64,000 nt of DNA from Ascidiella aspersa (taxonomy: Eukaryota): positions 13,888,001 through 13,952,000 of the forward strand of contig OZ004608.1 of NCBI GenBank assembly GCA_963924565.1, given 5' to 3'. Numbering within the stretch: position 1 is the stretch's first letter; every line of letters begins with the position of its first letter. Below, piece by piece: positions 1-12,200 of this stretch. The notes under the pieces were generated by a model. It was not told where the DNA came from, did no database searches, and saw nothing but the letters and a program-made list of their open reading frames with translations. The translations under genes were made by a program, and so were the position numbers.

Positions 1-63
1 GAAAAGTTTGCTATTTCCGCTATCTTTAACTTCAAAAGTAACGCCCTATCTGTTATTCTACAG

Positions 64-214
64 CCTTGTCCCCAATGGTCGCCCTGGTCCGTCTGGACAG
101 ACTGTGACGTCACGTGCGACGGTGGTCTCCAGACCAGAAGTAGGACCTGTCTGTACGGCGACAACTGTGACGGCCTCCCATTCGATACGCGACCCTGCGC
201 AACCAACGACTGTC
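64..214 (+). CDS. Exon 1 of window: TSR ([29 protein letters not shown]...CATNDC), phase 0-1
   Basis: ctacag acceptor at 62-63, gtgagt donor at 215. Confidence 0.88.
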
Positions 215-3200
215 GTGAGTACCTTTTCTCCTCTATTAGGCGCGTAAATGCTGCACCCTAAAAGGGCTATATTTTCTTTGTATGAAGTTGGGCCAGTGTG
301 TGTAGTCCAGCAAAAATCTGTTCAGTCGTCTTGCTAGTCGCTCTGACGTCAGTTGAGCCAGGCATAATGACGATAAAATATTTCGTATACTTTTACAGCA
401 CATGTAAAAACTATTTTATTAAACGCAATATATAGTGTGGCTGCGCTAACTGATATTTATTTGTTTAACAAGCATACACAATATTAGCTATTTTTTTTTA
501 AAACAAATGTGTTTACAAACAAATGATTGTTCCCTTTTGATTCTGTCTTTACGCTGCATAATGCAAAATTACTAACAAAACTTGCAGTGTTATCAATATA
601 CAGGTATTTAAAATTTTGTCGACCGCCATAGTTAACGGTAACACTACCAAGTGAAAGGGCAACTCAAATATTTAAGCCTGTCCCTTCGTTTCAACAGCCT
701 TTATATCGGATTGGAACCCATGGGGATCGTGTACTGCGACGTGCGGTCTCTCGCGTCGTACCAGAACAAGAGCATGTGTAAACGGCGACTTAGGAATGGT
801 CGGTTGCGATGAAGTTCCTGAAGAGTTTGAAGATTGCGATGTGGTAGGTTGGCCGTTGCTGCTTTGGTAAAACGACGTTTGCCGTTAAGGTTGCTGGTGG
901 TTCTTGCTAACATGAACCTGTAAAGATAGAGATTTGTTTACATAATCTGTTTGGTAACAAAACACATATGTTTGGGCTTGAGCAGCGTCAATGGAACGAC
1001 GTTTAGCGGTTTTACTTCATATAGTTACGAACCAATAACGATAGTTATTTTATCGAGAGGTTAACATCTAAACTAGGGCTGTCCAACATGAGGCACATTT
1101 GGCATGCGACCTAATAAAAAATGGCACGCAAGCCCCCAAAAAATACAGCCAATCGTCAAAAAAGCTAAATTTGTTATACAGCCAATTGTCAATAACAACA
1201 CAATCCCTGCAATTACGACAACAAAGAATTACTTCTGATACTATAACACTATAAGTATAATATTAAAAAAATTGTTGCTCAACTTTAGCACGGGAAGAAG
1301 TTATAAGATAAAAATTGGCACGTCGGCATGTTTGAGTTGGACACCCCTGACTTAAACATTCCAACCCACCAATAACTCTCAATATGTCGCGTTGCTTTTC
1401 CAGGACGACTGCTACAGCTGGTCGGATTGGAGCCTTTGGGGCGCCTGCCTCGGTACATCGTTCGAGTTTGGCAACTTGCCCCTGACTTGCGGAGAGGGAA
1501 CCACAAGGCGCTTTCGCATCTGTTCCGGTGGCACCATCGGCGCCCAAGGCTGCGAGGGACCAAACGAAGAAGAAAAGTTCTGTGACGAGGGCCCGTGTGC
1601 TTCCTGGGTCACGTGGTCGCCTTGGGGTCAATGTTCGGCGAGCTGCGACGGCGGATTTCAGGTACGGCTTGTAGTGTTTACAAACTATACGCAGTATAAG
1701 TTGATTGCTATGTGTACAGTGTACCAGGTGGCCATATGGCATATGTGGTCATACACAGCGTTCTATTTTATTTGGTCACGAGAATACGTATTATGTCTAG
1801 TCTTTGACTTTTGAGGCATTTGAAAGGAATACCTTGGCAACGTAACACTATACAGATTTAATGTCATATTTTTCGTATATTTTTTGCTCTCACGTTATCG
1901 GAACACATTTAAAAAAATATCTTATGTAAACCGTCTTCCTGGGTCGCTTTTAGACCAACCAGGGCTAATTTAAAATAAGCGTGTGATCAAAACAATGCAA
2001 CAAAGACATCAAACACGGTTCGAAATAAAACTGTCGCATTTTATTGTCAGTTTTGTCACCAACAATATAGTCGGCGAAACGAGCCGGGTTTTGTTTTTCA
2101 AAAAATGACCGAACACTTATTCATAATTCTGTTTGCAGGAGAGATACAGAGATTGCCAGTATGGAATCCCCGGTGAAAAAGGATGCGATGTCGCAGGACC
2201 CAGTGAAATTAGGGAATGTAATACCCAGTTATGCGGTATGTTTACATGACTTTCTAATTCAATGTATTTAAAGCGCTTTGGTCGATTAACGACTGTTTAA
2301 CCGTGATTTAAATATGTCAAAAAACAGAATTTAAAGAACTTTTTATTTTACTTGTTTTTCATCACCAGTTTTTTAAGTTTGTAGAATTAACGGCAAACAA
2401 AAAGACACAAAAAGAGTAAAACTATTTTTAAAAACTGTTTTAATGTTTCGACATTAGATTTGGTACCCGGAGACTTATTGGACAGTAAGTTTAGTGTTAT
2501 CCCAGAACTAACCCCCATGTGCATTAGATTGGACACAATCTATTCTAACCAATTTTGCATGTTTACTAACCACTGAAATTCCTTGTCAAGCTGTCAATAA
2601 CAAAACTGTGTATTTTGCGTAAAGTACTAACAGACAATGCTTTGTTGTTGAAATGCTAATTTTGCTATTGTTTAAAGCTTTAAAATTGAGTAACTATAAC
2701 ATAAAATATCATATTCGTCTTCAACCTTGCTTCAGCATGTATAAATTTTTTTTACAAATTTATTAACATTGAACTTTACTTATAAAATAAATAAATTATA
2801 CGTCAGAAAAACGTTTTAGTTATTAGTTCGCATCTTTGCGTCCGACCAGAAACGACCCAAATGAGAGCAAACGCATTTGCAACAAATGCCTTAACACTTA
2901 CGGCAACTCTACTGTTCTAAAATGTTTCGTGTTTTGACAACCTTCTATACTTGCGATTAGATTGCACTGTGTTGGACGTGGGCTTCATCATCGATTCCAG
3001 CAGCAGCATCGGTAAAGATAATTTCCGCTTTATCAGGCAGTTCTTGCGCGCCGTGGTCCGGGAGCTTGGAGTTGGACTTAATCGAGCCAGGGTAAGTTTC
3101 CGCCAACAACTGTTTAAAACAAGACATTTGTCTAGCTCTAGGAATGCAATTTTGGAAAAAAATCGATTGCATATTTTATATTTTGTTCTCCTATCACCCA

Positions 3201-6200
3201 CCACCTACACACTTTAACCAACTGGCACTATCGCACTTAAAGTCATTTTTGTGGAATCTGTGGATACACACTTATGAAGCCCTGTTTGCCACAGCAATCT
3301 TTCATAGCCTTGAATTTTGATAGTTTTCGGGAAAAAGGGTACTGATCTCCTTCTCATTCTAGTAATGAATAAAGCAGAAAGTTAGGAGGTCCAAACGGAT
3401 TAGAGAAACCTGCTGTACATGCGCAGCAAACAATTTGTCCCGAAAACGTCTCACAAAACCTCTTCACCGCCAAATCTCATGCACCCCTCTAAACACGCTG
3501 TTTTTCCGCCCACCAGGTTGCGGCCTTGCGCTACAACAAGGAGATCTACCCTCTGTGGAGCTTCGCACAGTCGACCAGTGCCGAGGACCTTCTGATCCGT
3601 ATCAATAACATAGTCTACAACGGCACCGGTACGCTCACCGGTCAAGCGCTAACCTACGCCGCGGCCAATATGTTCACCGAGGCCGAGGGAGACCGCCCAC
3701 TGGTCAGCGATCTGGCCATCGTGTTAACCGACGGACGCGCTCAAGACAAGCCGGAATCAACTGTCGACGTAAGTCGCTTCGGTTTTTTAAGCGATTCTTT
3801 TGCGTGGAATAAAAAAGATAATTGTATTATTATAAACATTGGAGGTTGGAGACTAATGATAGAGTGTTACCAGGCGTAATTTATGGCCAGCGTTAGTTTT
3901 CAACGGCCACAGATTTGTAATTTTTATGCATGTCACAAGCACCGATACACACCATTGACCAAACTTCTGCATAGTTTTTTTTCTTCTTGTTTCGTTAGGC
4001 TTGTTTTGAAAGCACAACTACCCAAGTGACCTGGCCACTTAAATTCGCCTTGGCATTTTCAGCCAGCTATAACTTCGAACGATTTTCTGTGTATTTTACA
4101 GTTCCTCAAGCAAAGAGGCATCACGGTGGTAGTAATCGCCGTCACCAACAGAGTAGACGAGGCTGAAATCAAAGCGATCGCGTCCGATCCGGACTCCACC
4201 TACGCCTTCTTCGTTGACAACTTCGAACAACTCGCCGACGTCATAATGAATGTCTCCACGTTTGCTTGTGGCAAAGGTATAGGCCCCTTCTTCGCAACGG
4301 CTGTGGATACCCAATGGCGATACAGACGCAGCCCCGTGGCTTGTTTTCCTGTGGAATTGCTAGTGGATTTAGTTTAATATTACCTTAAATCACCGTTGTA
4401 TAAATATTAGAATGGCTTTAAATACTTTTAGCTGGTTTTGCGTTCGATGAGTAGCCTACCTATAGAGTATAGAATCATTCTATATGACTGTGCATTTTTG
4501 CGCAAATCAAAAGCGAATTTTAACTCCCTATCAAGGAAAACCTAAAACCAAGTTTAAAAGCCCGTTTTACTTTTTAGCCACCTGGGGTCAATGGGAACCA
4601 TGGACAACGTGCTCAGGCACCTGTGGAAGCAGCACCCGGTTCCGAAGCAGACTTTGCGTTGGCGGATTCGGTGATAATGCAGGAATCTGCCCTGGAGGAG
4701 ATAGAACCCAGACAGAGGTGTGGAGAAAAAATCTTGTTTACCTATACACTTACTGCTTCTTAGCTTTCAGGCATCATTCTCTTGTCTAAAACGAAAAAAA
4801 TATGAAACAAATGATTAAAACAGCTATAGCGCATCGACATAGTTAAGTATTTTGTGGTCCCATACGGTTTCAGAGAGCCCCTTTAAACGAGCTATTTTGT
4901 TGTCACGCTAACCATAAAAATATATTTCATAGTTGGGAACACTATGCACGGATCTGTAATGTAGCTTGATAATGAATTGCAAACTAAGCCAAAAAGGTCG
5001 AGTAAATCAATATCATCTTGATTAATACGTTTCGATACGAGCTTGTATCTTGTCAGTTAATGTGTTTTAACTAAAGATTTCATATAGTGAAACAAAAAAG
5101 CGTGTTACCAAACCACAGTGGTTCATAGTTACACAAAACGTTGTGTTTCTACGCTCAGCTTTCTGTTTTGCTTTAATGACAAGCTGTTTTGTTTTAATGA
5201 CAGCCGTGCAACACCACCCCATGTCCAACATGGACGCCCTGGGCGCAGCAGGACGAATGCTCGACCACTTGCGGCGGAGGTAAGATCGTCCGCTTCCGAC
5301 GTTGTTTGTTCGGTGAGCCCGGAGATGTCGGTTGCGATGGAGTGGATCAGACAGACATCGAGTGTAGCACCCAGGTACTTTGCCCTGTTGCACTACTGAA
5401 GTGTTATGAAGTAAATTGCCTGGCTATTTTAAAGATCGTAGGACCTTAGGTCATAGGGTAACATCAAGATAAAGATTTGTTAAAGCGCTTTAAAATTCTA
5501 AAAATTTAATATACGGTAGTGAACGTGGTTCGAAAACGCAATTTTTAAAAACGCAAAAAAACAATTGAAGCACAAGAAACAAAACTAACAAATCATTTGT
5601 ATTTAGCCATGCCCGTCTTGGACACCGTGGTCGCCTTGGGGAGAGTGCACCGAGTCCTGCGGAGGAGGAAACAACATCCGGACCCGAACATGTGAGAATG
5701 GTTCCCCTGGAGATTTTGGGTGCAGAGGAGAGGACATCGACATCATTACGTGCAATTCCAGGGTTTGTACTCATCTTATGACTTTTGTTTGGTCTCCGTA
5801 ATGCGAGACAATTTTAAACCGTGATCTGGGTTGCAATCGTAACGGAAATGGCCCACAAATCGATACTTCAGACGCCGAGGCGAACCGCTGGTTGTAAAAC
5901 TGAAGAGGAAACGTCAAAAGAAGAACATGGAGAAAACTCTACTAAGAAAAAGCATGGACATCAAGAAAGCCCATACTTCGGCTATTGATTTGGTCCTTTC
6001 CGTAACGATTCGCGCCCAGATTTCGGCCGCCAAGATAACGTCTTGGTTAACCAATAATTTATCGCTTATATCCTCAAACAAGAAACCGACCTAACCGGGC
6101 CGATTTTTTGTGAACTCACAATGCAGCTTTGTCCGACCTGGTCCGCCTGGACGTTCTGGTCGGAATGCAGCTTTTCTTGCGGATCCGGTAGATCATCAAG

Positions 6201-9200
6201 AAGAAGGGCTTGTCTTTATACGGCCAACCAGGCACTGTGTGTGGGATCATCAGACGAGACTGTTGTCTGCAACTCTTCGGTTAGTCTCCAACGCTTTTGG
6301 GGCGAAATACTAACCAAGGCAAATCTGTATGCTACTAACCCCGAAGATTGGCAAATATCGTCCAGGCGATTGGCTTCGATGATTAAAAAAGTCAAATTCG
6401 TTCTTCTCTCTTTCTCTTTGCTAACCCTTTTCTTTCCTCGACAATCTCGTCTTGCGCTGTCGGGGCCTTAACACTAAACTAACCATTTCAGGTACACACT
6501 AACAAAACCGCAGGTCTCTCTGCGACATTGGCGAAGTTTCAATGGAAGGTAGCTTAAAAGTGCATGGGCTGAACATATCCATAACATTGATGTCACATGT
6601 GCTATCGCGTAAATACAACGTTCCGGAGGAATAGCGTCGCCGGAAAACTAACGGTGCTTTTTGGCAAAACTTGCATGCAACTGAAGCATATTCTCGACGC
6701 TGCAGCCTCTAACAACATCAGCAACGCGGCGCAATCAACAATGCGACCATCCTCGCATCGTATTGTAACCCATTTCATCCCGACTAACACTGCATGACGC
6801 GGTGCTAGGCGTGTATCAGGTTAGGTTTGCTGTTGCTCGCTCCAACGGCGTCTCGGATGAGCCTGACAAACAAACGGGTCGTGATTGTTTCAGCCCTGTC
6901 CGCGCTGGACCGACTGGACACCGTGGAGCAACTGTCCGGTGACTTGCGGCGGAAGCAGGGTGAGCCGAACTAGGTCTTGTCAGTTTGGCGAGAACGGAGG
7001 ACCTGGATGCAGGGGACTGAGAGCCGAGACCAAGAGCTGCGCAGGAGTGGTAAGCCTACTTTGAGATAACTTTTACTATATACTTTTCTGACACCTGTCT
7101 TTTGAAAAAAAGACCATATTTATACAGCCCTCGTTAAGAAAAAAACACGAACCATACTGACATCTTATTTATTCCATTAATTCCTTTCTTCAGTAGAAAT
7201 GCGAGTTAACTAAAAACCGTTTAAATTTATGTGAGATTATAGTACATAGGTAACTTTAAAATGAATTAAACATTTTTCAGATTTATTCGTTTTTGTAAAT
7301 ATATATTATTTTCATAAAGGGAACTAAACCAGTTAAGCACATGTTCCTAATCCTAAATGTACCATGCTTTTCTTAGTTAAATTACTCAAAAGTCCTTATG
7401 AAATGCTGAAAAGCGTCAAATAAAAAAACGAGTATTTAACTTGCAATGTAAAATTCGATAGCCACAGCAAAACTACCTCCTTAACATTTTCAAGTCATTA
7501 CTTGGACAGTACACATACTTAATCCCTGTAATAATTTTAGATCTGCTCAACTTGGTCCAACTGGCAGCCGTGGAGTCCTTGCAGTCTGACGTGCGGCGAA
7601 GGTGCGCGCACCAGAAGTCGAACATGCGTTGGTGACCCCGAATCCGTACCTCAGTGCGAGGGCGAAGCTGATGACTTCGAGACTTGCACTCTGAGGGTAA
7701 GCCGCTTAACATAACCGTTTACTTGATTTGTACACAAGAAAGCGTTAATGGTAGCTGATCGCTGCTTTAGTAGTAAGTTCTACAGGCTTTGTATTAAAGC
7801 TAGCGCGCAATGCAGAACTCACAATTGATCGCGAAAAAGAAAATGCACAAATGTTACCCGAAAATATACCTTACATTTTTGTTATATTAGTTAACTGAAA
7901 AAATGTAGGTACCAGTTAGCTTCGATTAATATTTGTTTTTTAAATTAGTTAGAGCACCCTTGACTTAACATTTAGCAGTGTCTTGCTGCAACAAACTAGT
8001 CAGTTTAAAAAAAAAGAACAATAATGAAAGCTTACTCTCGAAAAACTAAAATATGACAAAAACTTATAATCCTGTCGTTGTCAAACTAAAAACAAATTAA
8101 ATTTATTGCACTAATTTACACGAACCGCCGTACTTTCGCGTTGCTGGACTTTTCATTCAACCGATTTCATTTTGTTTTAAAGGTTCAATGCCCGAGCTGG
8201 GAGCCGTGGCCCGAACCGCCGGAAGACGACGTTCCAGAATGTTCGCGAACTTGTGGTGGCGGAACCTACATTCAGCGGAGACGCTGTAGATTCGGGGTGG
8301 CCGGTGAAAATGGATGTCTCGGTAATCCGGCGCGACTTGCCGACTGCAACGTACAGGTGAGACATCGAATTTGTCCGTTCTTTTTCGCCTTGAAAGGCTT
8401 CAAAGAGATTGCTTGTCGTTTGTTCCTAGTGTTGATTCTGCGTTTTGGTACTTTTGCGATTTTCACGCAACAAACGAAACTGAAAAGATGCACGATATTA
8501 GAGAGTGACGATTACACGCTGCAGGTGGAAAAAAATGCAGCGGCTTAATGGCGTCCAAGAACAATTTTTAATGAACTGGAAAGACAAGCCAAAAATGTTT
8601 AACAGCTGAAACTATTTAAGTAATTAAGCCTTGAAAAAAGCAGGAAAAAAATCGTGACAGTGTTTTCAATACTTTTAAAGCATAGCTTATTTCGACGACA
8701 TAATATGTGAAGCGATTTTCTTTCACAATTTACATGTAAACCCCAGACATCAGACCTAAATCGATATTCTTAAATCAGTTGGATCGTGTCGAAGGTTTTG
8801 CTAAAGATTGCACGAACCGTATGTAAAACTTGATTCCCACTACAGGACTGCAGTTCATGGACACAGTGGACTTCGTGGGGAAGCTGCAGCGTGAGTTGCG
8901 GTCAGGGCATCAGGAGAACGAGCCGACGTTGCTTCCGCGGTGAGGAGGAGGTGGATGATTGCCTCGGAGCATCTCAACGCGACGAGGCCTGCTATTCCGA
9001 AGTGGTGGGTGATTCTTTCTATTTCTTATTGCCCGTTTGTTAAGACGCACGCCAAATGGTGCGAGACTTGTCACCTGCTGCGGACAATCAGTTCCGTTTT
9101 GTTAAAGCAATTAACCTTTTTAGAATTAATATTGTGGATATCCGAAGGACGTAAGTTGCTAGGATGACTGTCGGTCGCCGACATTCGCAATTCCCTATTA

Positions 9201-12200
9201 AAATTGTCAATTTTTATTTGCCTTGTTTAACAATATGTTTTACAAGTAAAGAAAACTTTCACAACAATATTAGAATCTTTTTGTAGTGAATCATAAAAGG
9301 GCGCATTTTTTGTTAGGTTTGCACACATCCGTCTTAACATTGTGGACATAATGCGTGAAAATTTAAACAGTATGTTTGTCGCCCTGTACACTCGATATTT
9401 TTACTTTTCTACTCAGTGCTAAAATATGACCCCCAAAACCAAGGATGTGCACATGTTCTTGTATAAAAGCTTCATAAATTGCGCTATCCAATTGCACTAA
9501 AATAAAATGGAAAACATTAAGGTTGTCTCTCAGAGTTTAAAAGCCGTTCACTTCCACGGTTGTTAAACGAGTATTAAAAGGTCCGGTATTTTTCGTTTGT
9601 AGCTCTGTGCATCTTGGTCCCTATGGGGAAGTTGGAGCCGCTGCAGTCGATCTTGTGGAGGTGGATCAAGGTCCCAGACGCGGGTCTGCTACAACTATGT
9701 GGAGGGCGTGTCAGAATGCCCCGGAACAGCCGAGAGTTTCGACGCTTGCAACGTTGAGGTAGGTTTGCGACTGCATTTTCAACATAGGTAAAGTGCTCAA
9801 AACAAGATCCGATATAATAAATTTTGACAAAATTATTTCGTTTGCAAATAATTTTTTCTTAGCTCAAGACATTTGTTTTACCAAATAGCAAGTTGAGTGA
9901 AAACTATACACGTTTGAGAAAAATTAGCTATTAAAAAGGTAAATGGTTTAATTGAAGTCGACTCATTTGTCTACACGATTTAAGTCAAGGGAAATATTTT
10001 AACCACAATCGTAAGATCAAGTAAACTAATTCCAAAACAGTGGCTTTAACTTTAGCCTACTTATTTCTCGGCTAAAAAGGCTATACTTACTTCGATAATT
10101 TTTTTAACATGGTGCATTTAATAGATGTAAACTATTAATATTTTTCTATTAGGCAAAATATATTTAATCTCTATTAAGGTCCGCAAACTGCTAAACTTTT
10201 ATTATTATGTTGTATATTGCATTTATGGCTTATTTAGCACTGCTATATTCACGTATATCAACAAATGGTATAATAACTCTACTTATATAGGACTGTCCAG
10301 TATGGCGGGATTGGACACTTTGGAGCGACTGTGACGCCGATTGCGGGGGTGGAAACAGATTGCGGACAAGAGCGTGTTCCGTGGACAGCGACGGCGTAAT
10401 AGGATGTCAGGGTCCTTCAAGAGAGACTTTGTACTGTAACGGACAGGTGGGAAACGGTTTTATGTAAAGCTGAACTATAAAAATAATATCGATATATATA
10501 TATATATGTTGGACATGTTAATATTAGAGAATTAAAAAAAAGGGCGAAATGTTATTTCGTCATTGTTAATTAAACTCGTAGTTTTACAGAAAAAAGAAAC
10601 GAACATCTTATAAATCTTATGTTGCCACTTACCTTTGCAACTTAAAGACGCCTTAAAGTCTTTCCTATTAAAAGTCATATCAACTTACAATCAAATATAT
10701 ATTTAAATTTGATAATTGTACTTAGTTTTAGAAATAAGTTACTCAAGTTGTATGTTTCTCTAACTGTGTATTCATTTTTAACCCAGTTACTTCTCTTTCA
10801 ATTACCAGGCCTGTCCCTTCTGGTCTCCTTGGAGTTCGTGGGGAGGCTGCGGTATGACGTGTGGAAGCGCCAGCCAATCACGACGTCGCGTGTGCGTGAA
10901 CCTCATCACAGGCGTGCAGAGCTGCGCTGGCGAAAGCACCGAAACCTCAGACTGCAATCTGCCGGTATGACGTCATGGCTTTGCGATCGCTCCTAAGACT
11001 TGCATTTTCGTTTAGGTCTAGCCATTTTAATTTCAGTCGCACAGATATAAGGTTGCCAATACCACACTATTTTTTTATCTTTATTTATCTCAAAACTTGC
11101 ATTTACCAAAAAACAAACTGGTTTATTATGTGACTAAAACGTCGCATTTTTTATGTTTTTGACCTGAAAAAAATTGTTGCCAGAAACTATTAGGCACCGT
11201 TACAAGCTTAAAAAGTTCACAAACTAATGCTTTATCTATACTCACAGGTGTGTCCAACATGGACCCCCTGGGGAAGCTGGAGCGATTGCAGTGCCGATTG
11301 TGGCCAGGGAGTGGTCAGACGCTTCAGGGCGTGCCAAAACGACGATGCAGAAGTCGGTCTATGCCCTGGAAGAAACGAGGATACCGCCTATTGCAATGTT
11401 CAGGTAAAATATAGCGATCACATCGTGAACGAAAATTATATAACAAAGCAAGCTGAGTTGCTCATAGGAATAAACCACAGTTGAAAGTCATCGAAAAACA
11501 AGGTATACCAAACCTATGGTTCGCGGGTCTTACTCGGTCCTCAAAACCCTTCGAATTGACCCGCTCATGAAATAAAAAAAATAATTTTGCAACTTGATTT
11601 TTTTTTTATCTATAGTTAAGAAGTTCAAGCTGATTAAAATTCGTTTTTGCTAATCACCCGACATTTCGATAACAATTAACATAATAATAATAGTGAAGTG
11701 GTTTGAGGATGTCTAAAGTTTATTGGGATTATTGTTTGGTCCCTAAGACTCCTTATATCTGATTCCTCTCAAAAGGTCACTATATCGACCCAATACTTGC
11801 AATACTGCTTAATTTGGCTGTTCAATTTAATAGCACTCAAAAAGGGCAGCACGGCCAGACTCGACTGGCTAGCAAGTTAACGCAAAACCACTAAAGAGAG
11901 AGTAAGAGGAGAGAGAGAAGGTGCGGACTATTACTGCGTAGCGAGGAATGGAAAAAGACAGAACGGCTACGTTTACGTCACGGCGATATTACTGATATAA
12001 TTAGTTAGATAACGTCACTACAACCTTTTCTTCCCTTTAAAAACAAATAAGAAGTATTGAATAGGTGTGATTGTCCTCAAAACAAATGTGGCTGTTGGTT
12101 AATTAAAAAAAAGTTCGACCGTAGTGAGTAAAAATTAGGAAAAACTGCACTACTCCAACATTTACTTGCATAAATCATTTGTTATTTCACAACATTTTTC

